Assembly: GCA_035559535.1 (NCBI GenBank)
Contig: DATMBG010000029.1
Location: 62,001-85,414, forward strand
Source of the DNA: Candidatus Limnocylindrales bacterium
Lineage (GTDB): Bacteria > Moduliflexota > Moduliflexia > Moduliflexales > JAUQPW01
Direction of reading: 5' to 3'
DNA length: 23,414 nt
The notes beneath the pieces were generated by a model that was not told the DNA's origin, did no database searches, and was given only the letters and a program-made list of their open reading frames with translations. Positions 1-7,528 of this stretch are shown piece after piece. Each line of letters opens with the position of its first letter. The stretch's first letter is position 1. Made by a program: the position numbers and the translations under genes.

Positions 1-453
1 ACCTTCAACAACAGCGGCTTCACTTGCGTTTGCTTCGGGCAAAAGAATACCACCCAGTCTTTTGTCCCTTGCAGCTAAAGTCATGGGAAGGATTCCCGGA
101 ACAGGTCTCAAACTTCCATCCAGGGAAAGTTCTCCTACCAGGAGAAGATCTTTTAACTTGTCAGGATTAACAAATCCCATGCAGCTTAACAATCCTATGG
201 CAATGGGTAAGTCAAAGGCAGACCCCTCTTTCCGAATATCTGCCGGAGCCAGATTGACAATGATCCGATTGACCGGAAAAGCAAATCCACAGTTCGTGAT
301 GGCCGCTTTAACCCGTTCCCGACTTTCCCGAACAGCTCCGTCAGGTAATCCTACAATGGTAAAGCTTGCCAATCCCAGGCTTAAATCAACTTCTACTTCC
401 ACCAGATATCCATCGATTCCCATAACGGCACTGCTCAAAACCTTAGACAGCAT
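1..453 (-). CDS. comM: YifB/ComM family Mg-chelatase-like AAA+ ATPase, N-terminal part (runs off the left edge)
   Basis: Manual translation of the minus strand from ATG 453: MLSKVLSSAVMGIDGYLVEVEVDLSLGLASFTIVGLPDGAVRESRERVKAAITNCGFAFPVNRIIVNLAPADIRKEGSAFDLPIAIG. This has the hallmark IVGLPD..VRESRERV and NLAPAD.RKEG..FDLPIA motifs and a GGGGAG SD upstream. Absent from the ORF track because there is no stop in the window. Confidence 0.93.
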   Translation of the reverse strand, partial: MLSKVLSSAVMGIDGYLVEVEVDLSLGLASFTIVGLPDGAVRESRERVKAAITNCGFAFPVNRIIVNLAPADIRKEGSAFDLPIAIGLLSCMGFVNPDKLKDLLLVGELSLDGSLRPVPGILPMTLAARDKRLGGILLPEANASEAAVVEG

Positions 454-759
454 AAGTCTCCCCCCAAATAAAAAGGATTTATTTAAAAGTCGATTACCCT
501 CGGCAAGTCATCCGGTATAACCAGGAAACTTTTCCCTACAAGCTCGTCCTGAACCTTGAGCTTATCGAATCGTTTCACGGAAAAATTAATCCTCAACTTT
601 ACCATCTTCTAAAAATTTGGGTTATAGGTCAAGTTCTTTTATACAAAAAGGTATCCGTATCAATTTAGTAGGTGGAAAAAGAACCCTCCCTCATCCTCCC
701 TCCCCTCCCTTATCTTTACCCACATTTTTCGATTTGGGAGGATGGGCTCAAAACGGTTA

Positions 760-786
760 GTAGGTCAACCATCCCGGTTGACCCAC
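760..786. repeat. GTAG-type REP-like palindrome
   Basis: GTAGGTCAACC-ATCCC-GGTTGACCCAC: perfect 8-bp stem GGTCAACC/GGTTGACC (763-770/776-783) starting with GTAG. Confidence 0.5.
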
Positions 787-846
787 CTTGCAAAAAGAGG
801 AATCTTTCCCTCACGAAGGAGATTCAATGCATTTCGCTACTCAAGG

Positions 847-884
847 GCCACTTAAAAGTTAAGCCAAACTAAGTAAACAAAGTA
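847..884. repeat. Solo copy of the MITE-like end motif
   Basis: GCCACTTAAAAGTTAAGCCAAACTAAGTAAACA (847-879) is the reverse complement of 3845-3878 except for one indel in the A/T run, and is followed by AAGTA. Confidence 0.85.
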
Positions 885-952
885 ATAATTCCATAGAGTT
901 TCTTACCCGATATGCAATTTTTCCCGGTGAAAGGGACAGGGAATTAAAAAAC

Positions 953-1005
953 TTGACAAATTTATAAAAACAGAATTATAAAGTAAACTAACCCAATTTG
1001 GGTTA
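953..1005 (+). promoter_or_regulatory. Putative sigma70 promoter and operator for the cytochrome c gene
   Basis: TTGACA 953-958, TATAAA 977-982 (18-nt spacer), then the perfect palindrome TAACCCAA-T-TTGGGTTA at 989-1005. Confidence 0.5.
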
Positions 1006-1108
1006 CTTTGAGTAAGAGCATGATACCTTACCTTCTCAATGGATTTGGGACGTGGAGAAAGCATTTCCGGAATCTCGGAGAGAGGATAAGGAAAGATAGT
1101 TAGTAGAA

Positions 1109-1666
1109 ATGATAAAGCAAGCCTTGATCGCAATCCTTTTATTTATGGGCTTTATTCTTACTCCATCCCTTATTAATGAAGTTCCTGCCCAGCAATCTGA
1201 CAGTCGGGTGACCCAGGGTTTCCTCATCAATCCGGTTCCTCTGGTTAATATAAAAGGAAAAAATCTTGCTTTAGTGGGTTTAGGTAGTTATATTGTCAAT
1301 GCCCAGGCAGGTTGTAATGATTGTCACACCTGTCCCTCTTATACGCCGGGGCATAATCCCTTCAGCGGTGGAGATGGCCAATACAATGCTTTTAACTATC
1401 TCGCCGGAGGGGTACCCTTTGGGCCTTTCATCGTATCTGCGAATATTACTCCAGACTCAACCGGGAAACCGGCCGGTCTGACCTTCAATCAGTTCAAGCA
1501 AGCCTTACGTACAGGTCAGGATCCAATGGCTCCCGGTAACATACTCCAGGTGATGCCCTGGCCGGTATTCCGTCATATGACGGATCAGGATCTTCGGGCT
1601 ATTTATGAATACTTGAGCGCTATTCCCCATGCAGAACCGGGAACCTGCTCCGGGCCCGGAGAATAG
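1109..1666 (+). CDS. Exported monoheme c-type cytochrome
   Basis: N-terminal hydrophobic signal, one CxxCH motif (CNDCH), SANITPD...G and MPW...MTDQDLRAIYEYL C-terminal cytochrome c helix with a likely Met ligand. Confidence 0.85.
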   Translation: MIKQALIAILLFMGFILTPSLINEVPAQQSDSRVTQGFLINPVPLVNIKGKNLALVGLGSYIVNAQAGCNDCHTCPSYTPGHNPFSGGDGQYNAFNYLAGGVPFGPFIVSANITPDSTGKPAGLTFNQFKQALRTGQDPMAPGNILQVMPWPVFRHMTDQDLRAIYEYLSAIPHAEPGTCSGPGE

Positions 1667-1755
1667 AGGTTTATTTAGATCGACTATTAAGTTGGGAGTC
1701 TGACTGAGAAGCAGGCCCCGAACCGTTTACTATTCAAGAAAAAAGGGAGGCTCTG

Positions 1756-2394
1756 TTGGATACTTCCAGGTTACGTAGGGAGTACAGGTTGGACCGCCTC
1801 AATGAACAGGATTTAGATCCCGATCCCTTTAAACAGTTTAGTAAGTGGTTTCAGCAAGCTCTGGAGGCCCAACTCCTTTTACCCGATGCCATGACGCTGG
1901 CCACCGCAACCCGGGAGGGTAAGCCTTCGGCAAGAATTGTTTTACTGAGAGGTTTTGATGAGCGCGGTTTTGTTTTTTATACCAATTATGAAAGCCAGAA
2001 GGGTCAGGAGCTTGCAGAAAACCCTTATGCCGCTCTGGTTTTTTACTGGGCCGAACTGGAGCGGCAAGTCCGTATTACGGGTCAGGTTCAAAAGGTTACG
2101 CGGGAAGAGTCTGAAAATTATTTTCGAAGTCGCCCCCTGGAAAGTCGTCTAAGCGCGTGGGCTTCGAGACAAAGTCAGGTTATCCCCAGTCGAGAGGTTT
2201 TAGAAAGTAAAGTAGAGCAACTGCGGGCGGAGTTTCCAAATGGAAATATCCCGCTCCCCCCCGATTGGGGGGGATTTCGCTTAGTTCCTCAAACGATAGA
2301 GTTCTGGCAGGGACGCCCCAATCGCTTACACGATCGATTCCGCTACACCCGTCAACCGGATAATAGCTGGTTGATTGAACGGCTGGCGCCCTAA
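1756..2394 (+). CDS. pdxH: Pyridoxamine/pyridoxine 5'-phosphate oxidase
   Basis: [75 protein letters not shown] before a TTG start. Confidence 0.97.
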   Translation: MDTSRLRREYRLDRLNEQDLDPDPFKQFSKWFQQALEAQLLLPDAMTLATATREGKPSARIVLLRGFDERGFVFYTNYESQKGQELAENPYAALVFYWAELERQVRITGQVQKVTREESENYFRSRPLESRLSAWASRQSQVIPSREVLESKVEQLRAEFPNGNIPLPPDWGGFRLVPQTIEFWQGRPNRLHDRFRYTRQPDNSWLIERLAP

Positions 2395-2419
2395 CCTTTC
2401 CTAAAGAAAGGAGAGTATT

Positions 2420-2782
2420 ATGGCACGGATATTAATTATTGCAACCAGTGGTTCAGAAGATCCTACCCGTGCGGGTATGGCATTTTTGTTCGCCAAAGGT
2501 GCGGTAGAAGGTGGACACAGACCGGAAGTGGTACTGGCAGGTGATGGAAGCGTCCTGGCGAAGAAAGTGGTTGCCGAAAGTATTGTCCCTGTGGGGCTAC
2601 CACCCCTTAAGGATTTGATTCAATTTGCCCTGGATAATAAAATACCGGTTTATACGTGAGGAGCCTGTGGAAAGGCCCGTGGGGTTACCGATGAAGATTT
2701 AAAGTGGTTAAACGCAACATGGGTAACACCGAAAGATACCCTGCAACTTTCTGTAGATGTAGATCGGGTTATAACTTTATAA
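2420..2782 (+). CDS. DsrE-family sulfur-relay protein, probable selenoprotein (Sec at TGA 2657-2659, codon 80; 120 aa)
   Basis: DsrE-like N-terminus (ILIIATSG.EDPTRA...GDG). The frame continues past TGA as U-GACGKARGVTDEDLKWLNATWVTPKDTLQLSVDVDRVITL to TAA 2780-2782, completing a typical DsrE C-terminus. TGA sits at the first Cys of the CxxC position. AAGGAG SD. Confidence 0.88.
2657..2689 (+). promoter_or_regulatory. Candidate bacterial SECIS element of the dsrE-like gene
   Basis: GGCCC (2674-2678) / loop GUG / GGGUU (2682-2686), plus lower pairs GG 2669-2670 with CC 2688-2689. The loop begins 19 nt after UGA. Confidence 0.55.
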
Positions 2783-2905
2783 AAAGGGTTTTAGAGTTCT
2801 ACAAAATGAAAACCCGTCCGGGATTACAGGTTTAGGAAAACTCAGGATAAACCCCCTGAGAGAGTCTGGAAGAAGTTTAAATTCGGATGAACCGGGATCG
2901 GTTGC

Positions 2906-3793
2906 CTATAAGGCTCCCACTGCTTCTAAGGCCCGTCGAACTTCCTCCCGTGCCTCTCCCCTCAAAGGGACCTGCGGTGGGAGTGGATCCCCTACTGGAA
3001 ATCCTTGAAGTTCCAGTCCTGCCTTGATGCAGGCGGCCAGAGAATACCTGGTAAATACCTGATTGATCCGCCACAGCTCCCGTTGCAGGGTCATGGCTTC
3101 CTCCCACTTCTTTGCCCTGGCCAGCTCGTAAAGTCGAACACTCTGAGAAGGAATCAAGCAAGCAGGTCCCGCCATCCAACCGACTCCCCCGATCAACATC
3201 ACACAAAGGGGAATATGGGCCGAAGAACTAAATATCCGGATTCGATCCCCTACCAAGTTCAAAATGGAAAGGAGCCGACCGGTATCCCCGGAAGCATCTT
3301 TGAGATAACGGATATTGGGTACCTTCATCAATTGCTCAAGGACCCGTAATGTCAGGTCGCCTCTCTGAAAATTCGGATTTGTATAAAGAACCAGGGGACA
3401 GGATACAGCCTGTGCAATTTCGGTAAAATAGTTTATTACCCCTGATTCTGGAATCGGGAAATAAGTTTCTAAAATGGCCAGAATGCCATTAACTCCCAGG
3501 GCCTCCAATTCACGGGCCTGTCGGACGGCTTCTGCCGTTGCTGTGGACGCTACTCCGGCTATGACAGGTACCCGACCTGCGTTCGCCTCCAAAACAACCT
3601 CAACAACATGCTGTTTTTGGGACCAGTTCAGATAAGCGAATTCCCCTGTACTACCCAGTGGCGTAAGACCCTGTACACCGGAACGTACTAAATGATCGAC
3701 TAAACGGGCTAATACCTCACTTTTGATATTTCCTTGACTATCAACAGGAGTTACCAGATAAGGAAAAACTCCATGAAAGTTTACTTCAGCCAT
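2906..3793 (-). CDS. Dihydrodipicolinate synthase (DapA/NanA) family aldolase
   Basis: GSTGEF, RVPVIAGV, catalytic Tyr (LYTNP) and Schiff-base Lys (YLKDAS). Substrate cannot be assigned. Confidence 0.92.
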   Translation of the reverse strand: MAEVNFHGVFPYLVTPVDSQGNIKSEVLARLVDHLVRSGVQGLTPLGSTGEFAYLNWSQKQHVVEVVLEANAGRVPVIAGVASTATAEAVRQARELEALGVNGILAILETYFPIPESGVINYFTEIAQAVSCPLVLYTNPNFQRGDLTLRVLEQLMKVPNIRYLKDASGDTGRLLSILNLVGDRIRIFSSSAHIPLCVMLIGGVGWMAGPACLIPSQSVRLYELARAKKWEEAMTLQRELWRINQVFTRYSLAACIKAGLELQGFPVGDPLPPQVPLRGEAREEVRRALEAVGAL

Positions 3794-3839
3794 GTTTTCA
3801 GTTTAAAACCCCACCAAAAATAACCAGGGATTTCTCTCC

Positions 3840-3968
3840 TACACTGTTTACTTAGTTTTGGCTTAACTTTTAAGTGGCTCTCACCCCCGGCCCCTCTCCC
3901 ACGCTGCGGGAGAGGGGAGTTGGGGAGTGAAAGCTGCCCTATGAGGCCAAAATTAAGTAAACAGGGTA
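3840..3968. mobile_element. 129-bp MITE-like element with 23-bp terminal inverted repeats enclosing a REP-like hairpin
   Basis: TACACTGTTTACTTAGTTTTGGC (3840-3862) and GCCAAAATTAAGTAAACAGGGTA (3946-3968) match at 21/23 and both end in TA. Internal 10-bp stem CCCCTCTCCC/GGGAGAGGGG (3891-3900/3908-3917). Confidence 0.6.
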
Positions 3969-4020
3969 CTACTGCCCTTTTTGCGGCTTTTTTCAATTTT
4001 TTATTTTTATTACCCCAAAA

Positions 4021-4049
4021 ATGATAACCCCTATTCAAAACCAGGTCAA
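4021..4049 (-). promoter_or_regulatory. Putative sigma70 promoter for the DapA-like gene
   Basis: Minus strand TTGACC (4049-4044), 17-nt spacer, TATCAT (4026-4021). Confidence 0.6.
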
Positions 4050-4359
4050 GGAAATAAACCAGGTTTATAGCCATAACGGGAATAACATCTCGCTAAGTTA
4101 GGTCCTTCGGACCCTCCTGGGTATCAAGTTAAAGATTAAACCTGGGGTCTAGACGTCTCCTTGGCCCCTATAGCTACCAGGGAAGGAACTTCGCTCCACA
4201 GTTTCTTCCCCAAACTCCTCCCTCCCACGTCGGGAAGGGGTACTTTTCCCCTTCTTAGCTTGATGTATAGGTTCCTAATCCCTATCCGCACCGGCATAAA
4301 GATTGAAAGTCCTCATTTGAAGTCCTTACACAAAATTGATCCAGATTTACCGGTTCTCC

Positions 4360-4389
4360 TTGACAAGACTTTTATCCTGGTTTTAACCT
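4360..4389 (+). promoter_or_regulatory. Putative sigma70 promoter for the PrcB-like gene
   Basis: TTGACA 4360-4365, 18-nt spacer, TAACCT 4384-4389. Confidence 0.4.
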
Positions 4390-4454
4390 GGAATAGAAGA
4401 CTCATATTCCTATAACCTTTAAGTCTAGAACCAGGGGACCTGGAGAGCTCTATT

Positions 4455-4988
4455 ATGAATATTTTGCTGGCAGGCTTGTTCCTGGGATTTGGAGTTATTT
4501 TTAATCTTGCCTGTTGGGTCGATTCGGAATCTTCAAAAACGGTTAAAGACTCTGTGGAGAAAGCGCAGACCGATCAGGAAAATGAAATGAAAATCCTTCA
4601 AACTTTTAAAGGTGCTTTTAGTGGGGTGACTCAGGCTAAAAATTTGGTGATCAACAAAAAAGAAGACTGGGAAAATTTATGGAAGGAGGTCCATAGCCTG
4701 ACGATTCCCCCACCTCCGCTACCGGATATAGATTTTACCAAGAATACGGTCCTTGCTGCCTTCATGGGACAGAAAGCTACAGGAGGCTATGCCATTTCCA
4801 TCTCGAAGGTTATTAAAAAAGATAAAGAAATTCTGGTTTATCTGGAAAGCAAAGAACCCCCGCGAGATGCCATGACGATTCAATCCCTGACGGCTCCGTA
4901 TTATATGGTGGTAGTTCCTAAGATTGAAGATGAGAAAATGATTCAATGGCAAGAAGCTCCCAAAACCGGGGACCATAAGCCACAATAG
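4455..4988 (+). CDS. Exported or lipoprotein with a PrcB C-terminal domain
   Basis: Hydrophobic leader ending in LAC. The segment P.PDIDFTKNTVLAAFMGQKATGGYAISI...QSLTAPYYMVVVPK fits the PrcB_C pattern. Confidence 0.8.
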   Translation: MNILLAGLFLGFGVIFNLACWVDSESSKTVKDSVEKAQTDQENEMKILQTFKGAFSGVTQAKNLVINKKEDWENLWKEVHSLTIPPPPLPDIDFTKNTVLAAFMGQKATGGYAISISKVIKKDKEILVYLESKEPPRDAMTIQSLTAPYYMVVVPKIEDEKMIQWQEAPKTGDHKPQ

Positions 4989-5001
4989 AGAAAATCAAAG
5001 A

Positions 5002-5070
5002 AGAAGATGGGGGATAGAAGATCGAGGATAAAAGCTAAACAAAGCCTTCCCTCTCTTCAATCTTCTATCC
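5002..5070. repeat. Inverted heptamer-repeat array forming a hairpin between convergent genes (possible terminator)
   Basis: AGAAGAT-GGGGGAT-AGAAGAT-CGAGGAT (5002-5029). GGATAGAAGAT (5012-5022) pairs with ATCTTCTATCC (5060-5070). Confidence 0.55.
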
Positions 5071-5086
5071 TTCAGGATTTTTGGAT

Positions 5087-6592
5087 CTATTTCTTCTCTC
5101 GGAGAATCCTGCGCAATGTTTTTCCCGAAGCGCTTCGTGGAATTTGATCCACAAATTCAACCACACGGGGAATTTTATAAGAAGCTATTCTCTCCCGACA
5201 AAACTGGATGATTTCTTCTGGGGATAGTTTCTCTCCTTCTTTAGGTACAATAAAGGCTTTGACCAATTCCCCTTTAACTTCATCTTTGATTCCAACTACT
5301 GCTGCATCGCGAACTTTTGGGTGCTTGTGGAGTACCTCTTCCACTTCCCGGGGATATACCTTAAACCCACCAAAGTTAATCATATCTTTGGTTCGATCGA
5401 CAATATATACATAACCATCTTTATCCATGGTTACGATATCCCCGGTGTGAAACCAGCCCTCTTCGTCAATTACGGCTCGGGTTGCTTCAGGTTTATTCAG
5501 GTACCCTTTCATGACGGCAGTTCCCCGGCATAAAAGTTCTCCCGGTTCTCCCAATGGGACGTCTTCACCCTTTTCATTGACGACTCGGAATTCAGTATCC
5601 CCCATGGCATAGCCGCAGGAACCGGGTCGGGTTTTTGTATAAGGAGCGGTGGTAATAACCGGAGAAACTTCGGTTAGTCCATAAGCCTCGGCGTATTCGA
5701 TGTGATACTCTTCTTTCAGTGTACGGATCAGTTCTACGGGCATAGGGGCCGCTGCTGAAAGAACAAACCGAAGGGAGCTGATATCCCGTTTTTTCATATC
5801 CGGGCTCTTACACAGATAATTATACATGGTGGGGACTCCCTGGAAAATCGTGGGTCGATATTTTTCTATGTCTGCCAGGACTTTCTCCGTTATGAATCTT
5901 GGTTCAATAACCACGGTGCCTCCGGCATACAGCATGGCCAGGACTCCGTTTATAAGTCCCCAACAATGAAAAAGAGGAGCGGCCACCATCAATCGATCGT
6001 CAGGTTGATAATGGATCTTGGCAAAATTTTCTGCATTGTCCCAGATGTTCAGATGCGTCAGCATAACTCCTTTAGGAAATCCGGTGGTTCCAGACGTATA
6101 TAAAAGATTGGCTACATCTCCCCGGTCACAATCCAGGGGTTTAAATTCCTTGGAATTTTTAGAGAGCCAGGTATCAAAAGCTAAAAATCCCTGAGTTTCA
6201 GACGTCCCGGTGATCAAAACCTGTTCTAGAGCGGGAAGATGATCCTGGATTTGGTGGAGAGTTGGAATATTATCGGGGTGGGTTACCATCACTTTTGCCG
6301 TAGCATCCTTTAAAATATAGCTGATTTCATCGGCCTTTAAAAGTACGTTTATAACATTGGCAACCATGCCTGCCTTCATACTTCCCAGGTAACTAATCAC
6401 GAGTTCAGGACTGCTGGGCAGGTCAATGGCAACCGTATCACCTTTTTTTAAACCGAAATTCACGAGACCGTTGGCGACCTGGTTAGTCCAGTCTTCTAAC
6501 TGAAGATAGCTTATCTCACGGCCCTCAAAAATTAGAGCAGGCTTATCAGGCTGCTCCTGTACCCATTTTTCAAAAATGGCTCCTACATTCAC
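5087..6592 (-). CDS. Long-chain fatty-acid--CoA ligase / AMP-dependent synthetase
   Basis: LYTSGTTGFPKGVMLTH AMP-binding motif, AYGLTE, GWFHTGD, IVDRTKDMI..GG, PRSASGK. GGAGG SD before a GTG start. Confidence 0.95.
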   Translation of the reverse strand: MNVGAIFEKWVQEQPDKPALIFEGREISYLQLEDWTNQVANGLVNFGLKKGDTVAIDLPSSPELVISYLGSMKAGMVANVINVLLKADEISYILKDATAKVMVTHPDNIPTLHQIQDHLPALEQVLITGTSETQGFLAFDTWLSKNSKEFKPLDCDRGDVANLLYTSGTTGFPKGVMLTHLNIWDNAENFAKIHYQPDDRLMVAAPLFHCWGLINGVLAMLYAGGTVVIEPRFITEKVLADIEKYRPTIFQGVPTMYNYLCKSPDMKKRDISSLRFVLSAAAPMPVELIRTLKEEYHIEYAEAYGLTEVSPVITTAPYTKTRPGSCGYAMGDTEFRVVNEKGEDVPLGEPGELLCRGTAVMKGYLNKPEATRAVIDEEGWFHTGDIVTMDKDGYVYIVDRTKDMINFGGFKVYPREVEEVLHKHPKVRDAAVVGIKDEVKGELVKAFIVPKEGEKLSPEEIIQFCRERIASYKIPRVVEFVDQIPRSASGKTLRRILREKK

Positions 6593-6706
6593 TTTGGGTT
6601 CCCTCCTTTTTTATTTAATCTTTTTTAGAGAGATAATCCTATAGCTACCATAATTATAATACCTTTGGTAAGACCCGGAGGTAGGGATAGAGATCATCTT
6701 GACTCC

Positions 6707-7492
6707 TTACAGATAAACGCTTTCTCCTGGCTTTGGAACAAGCAGTTTGAAAGGTTCCTGTTGAAAATCTTTTAAAAAGTCCCAGACCTTTTTTTTGAAA
6801 TCTCGTTGGATATGGATCAGGCAATAAGTTTTGATATTTTGCTCTTTGACCATTTCTAGGAGTTCCCGGATGGAAGCATGGAGATAAACTACGCGTTCCC
6901 ATGAGAAGGATTCATGGATCAGGAAATCACAATTTTTAAAAAGGGCTTTGGTGGCTTCTGAAAAACTTCCATCCCCGCTATAACAGACGGTTTTTCCTTG
7001 ATAAGAGATTCGGATTGAGTAATTGGTGACGGAGTGGATACTTTGGGCAAATGACAACTCCAGCTCTCGGAATCGGATTTGTTCTCCTGCGTGGACATCT
7101 ATAAATTCCAGGGGGAATTCTAACCGTGATATTAAAGTGGGATAGCCTATTTCCATCAATTTGTGAACATACTCTTGAGTGCCTGCATGCCCTATGATGG
7201 TTAAAGGAAGGGATCGCTTAGTTTCCCACATTCGGGTTAAGACAGCCGGTAGACCAAAGGCGTGATCGGCATGGTGGTGGCTGAGAAAAATACCGTGAAG
7301 GAAATCGGGATCTGTACTCTGTTTCCAGATTTGATGGGGAATACTGTACCCACAATCCATCAAAAGCCGGGTTTGTCCGGTATCACAGAGTATGGAAGTA
7401 TTGGGAAGCTCTTCATCGAAGGCTTCTCCGGTGCCAAGGAAAGTGAGTTTAAGATTTGAAGGCATGGGAAAAGGCTCTAAGGGATACGCCAT
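6707..7492 (-). CDS. Metallo-beta-lactamase fold hydrolase, ribonuclease Z-like
   Basis: LTFLGTG, LMDCG, SHHHADH (HxHxDH), YSGD, LIHE and LIH motifs. Confidence 0.85.
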   Translation of the reverse strand: MAYPLEPFPMPSNLKLTFLGTGEAFDEELPNTSILCDTGQTRLLMDCGYSIPHQIWKQSTDPDFLHGIFLSHHHADHAFGLPAVLTRMWETKRSLPLTIIGHAGTQEYVHKLMEIGYPTLISRLEFPLEFIDVHAGEQIRFRELELSFAQSIHSVTNYSIRISYQGKTVCYSGDGSFSEATKALFKNCDFLIHESFSWERVVYLHASIRELLEMVKEQNIKTYCLIHIQRDFKKKVWDFLKDFQQEPFKLLVPKPGESVYL

Positions 7493-7528
7493 GCATAACC
7501 TGGTGCTTTGGGTATTGTATGCATGGCG

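Noticed and set aside
62-520. 152-aa plus-strand ORF
   Set aside because: Antisense shadow of the comM/yifB gene on the minus strand.
672-872. 66-aa ORF, also the 3781..4074 and 4161..4415 ORFs
   Set aside because: They run through repeat and hairpin DNA and have no recognisable motifs.
2420-2659. dsrE as a truncated pseudogene
   Set aside because: The TGA is at the conserved Cys position, the downstream frame is intact, a SECIS-like hairpin follows and Sec-type selD is nearby.
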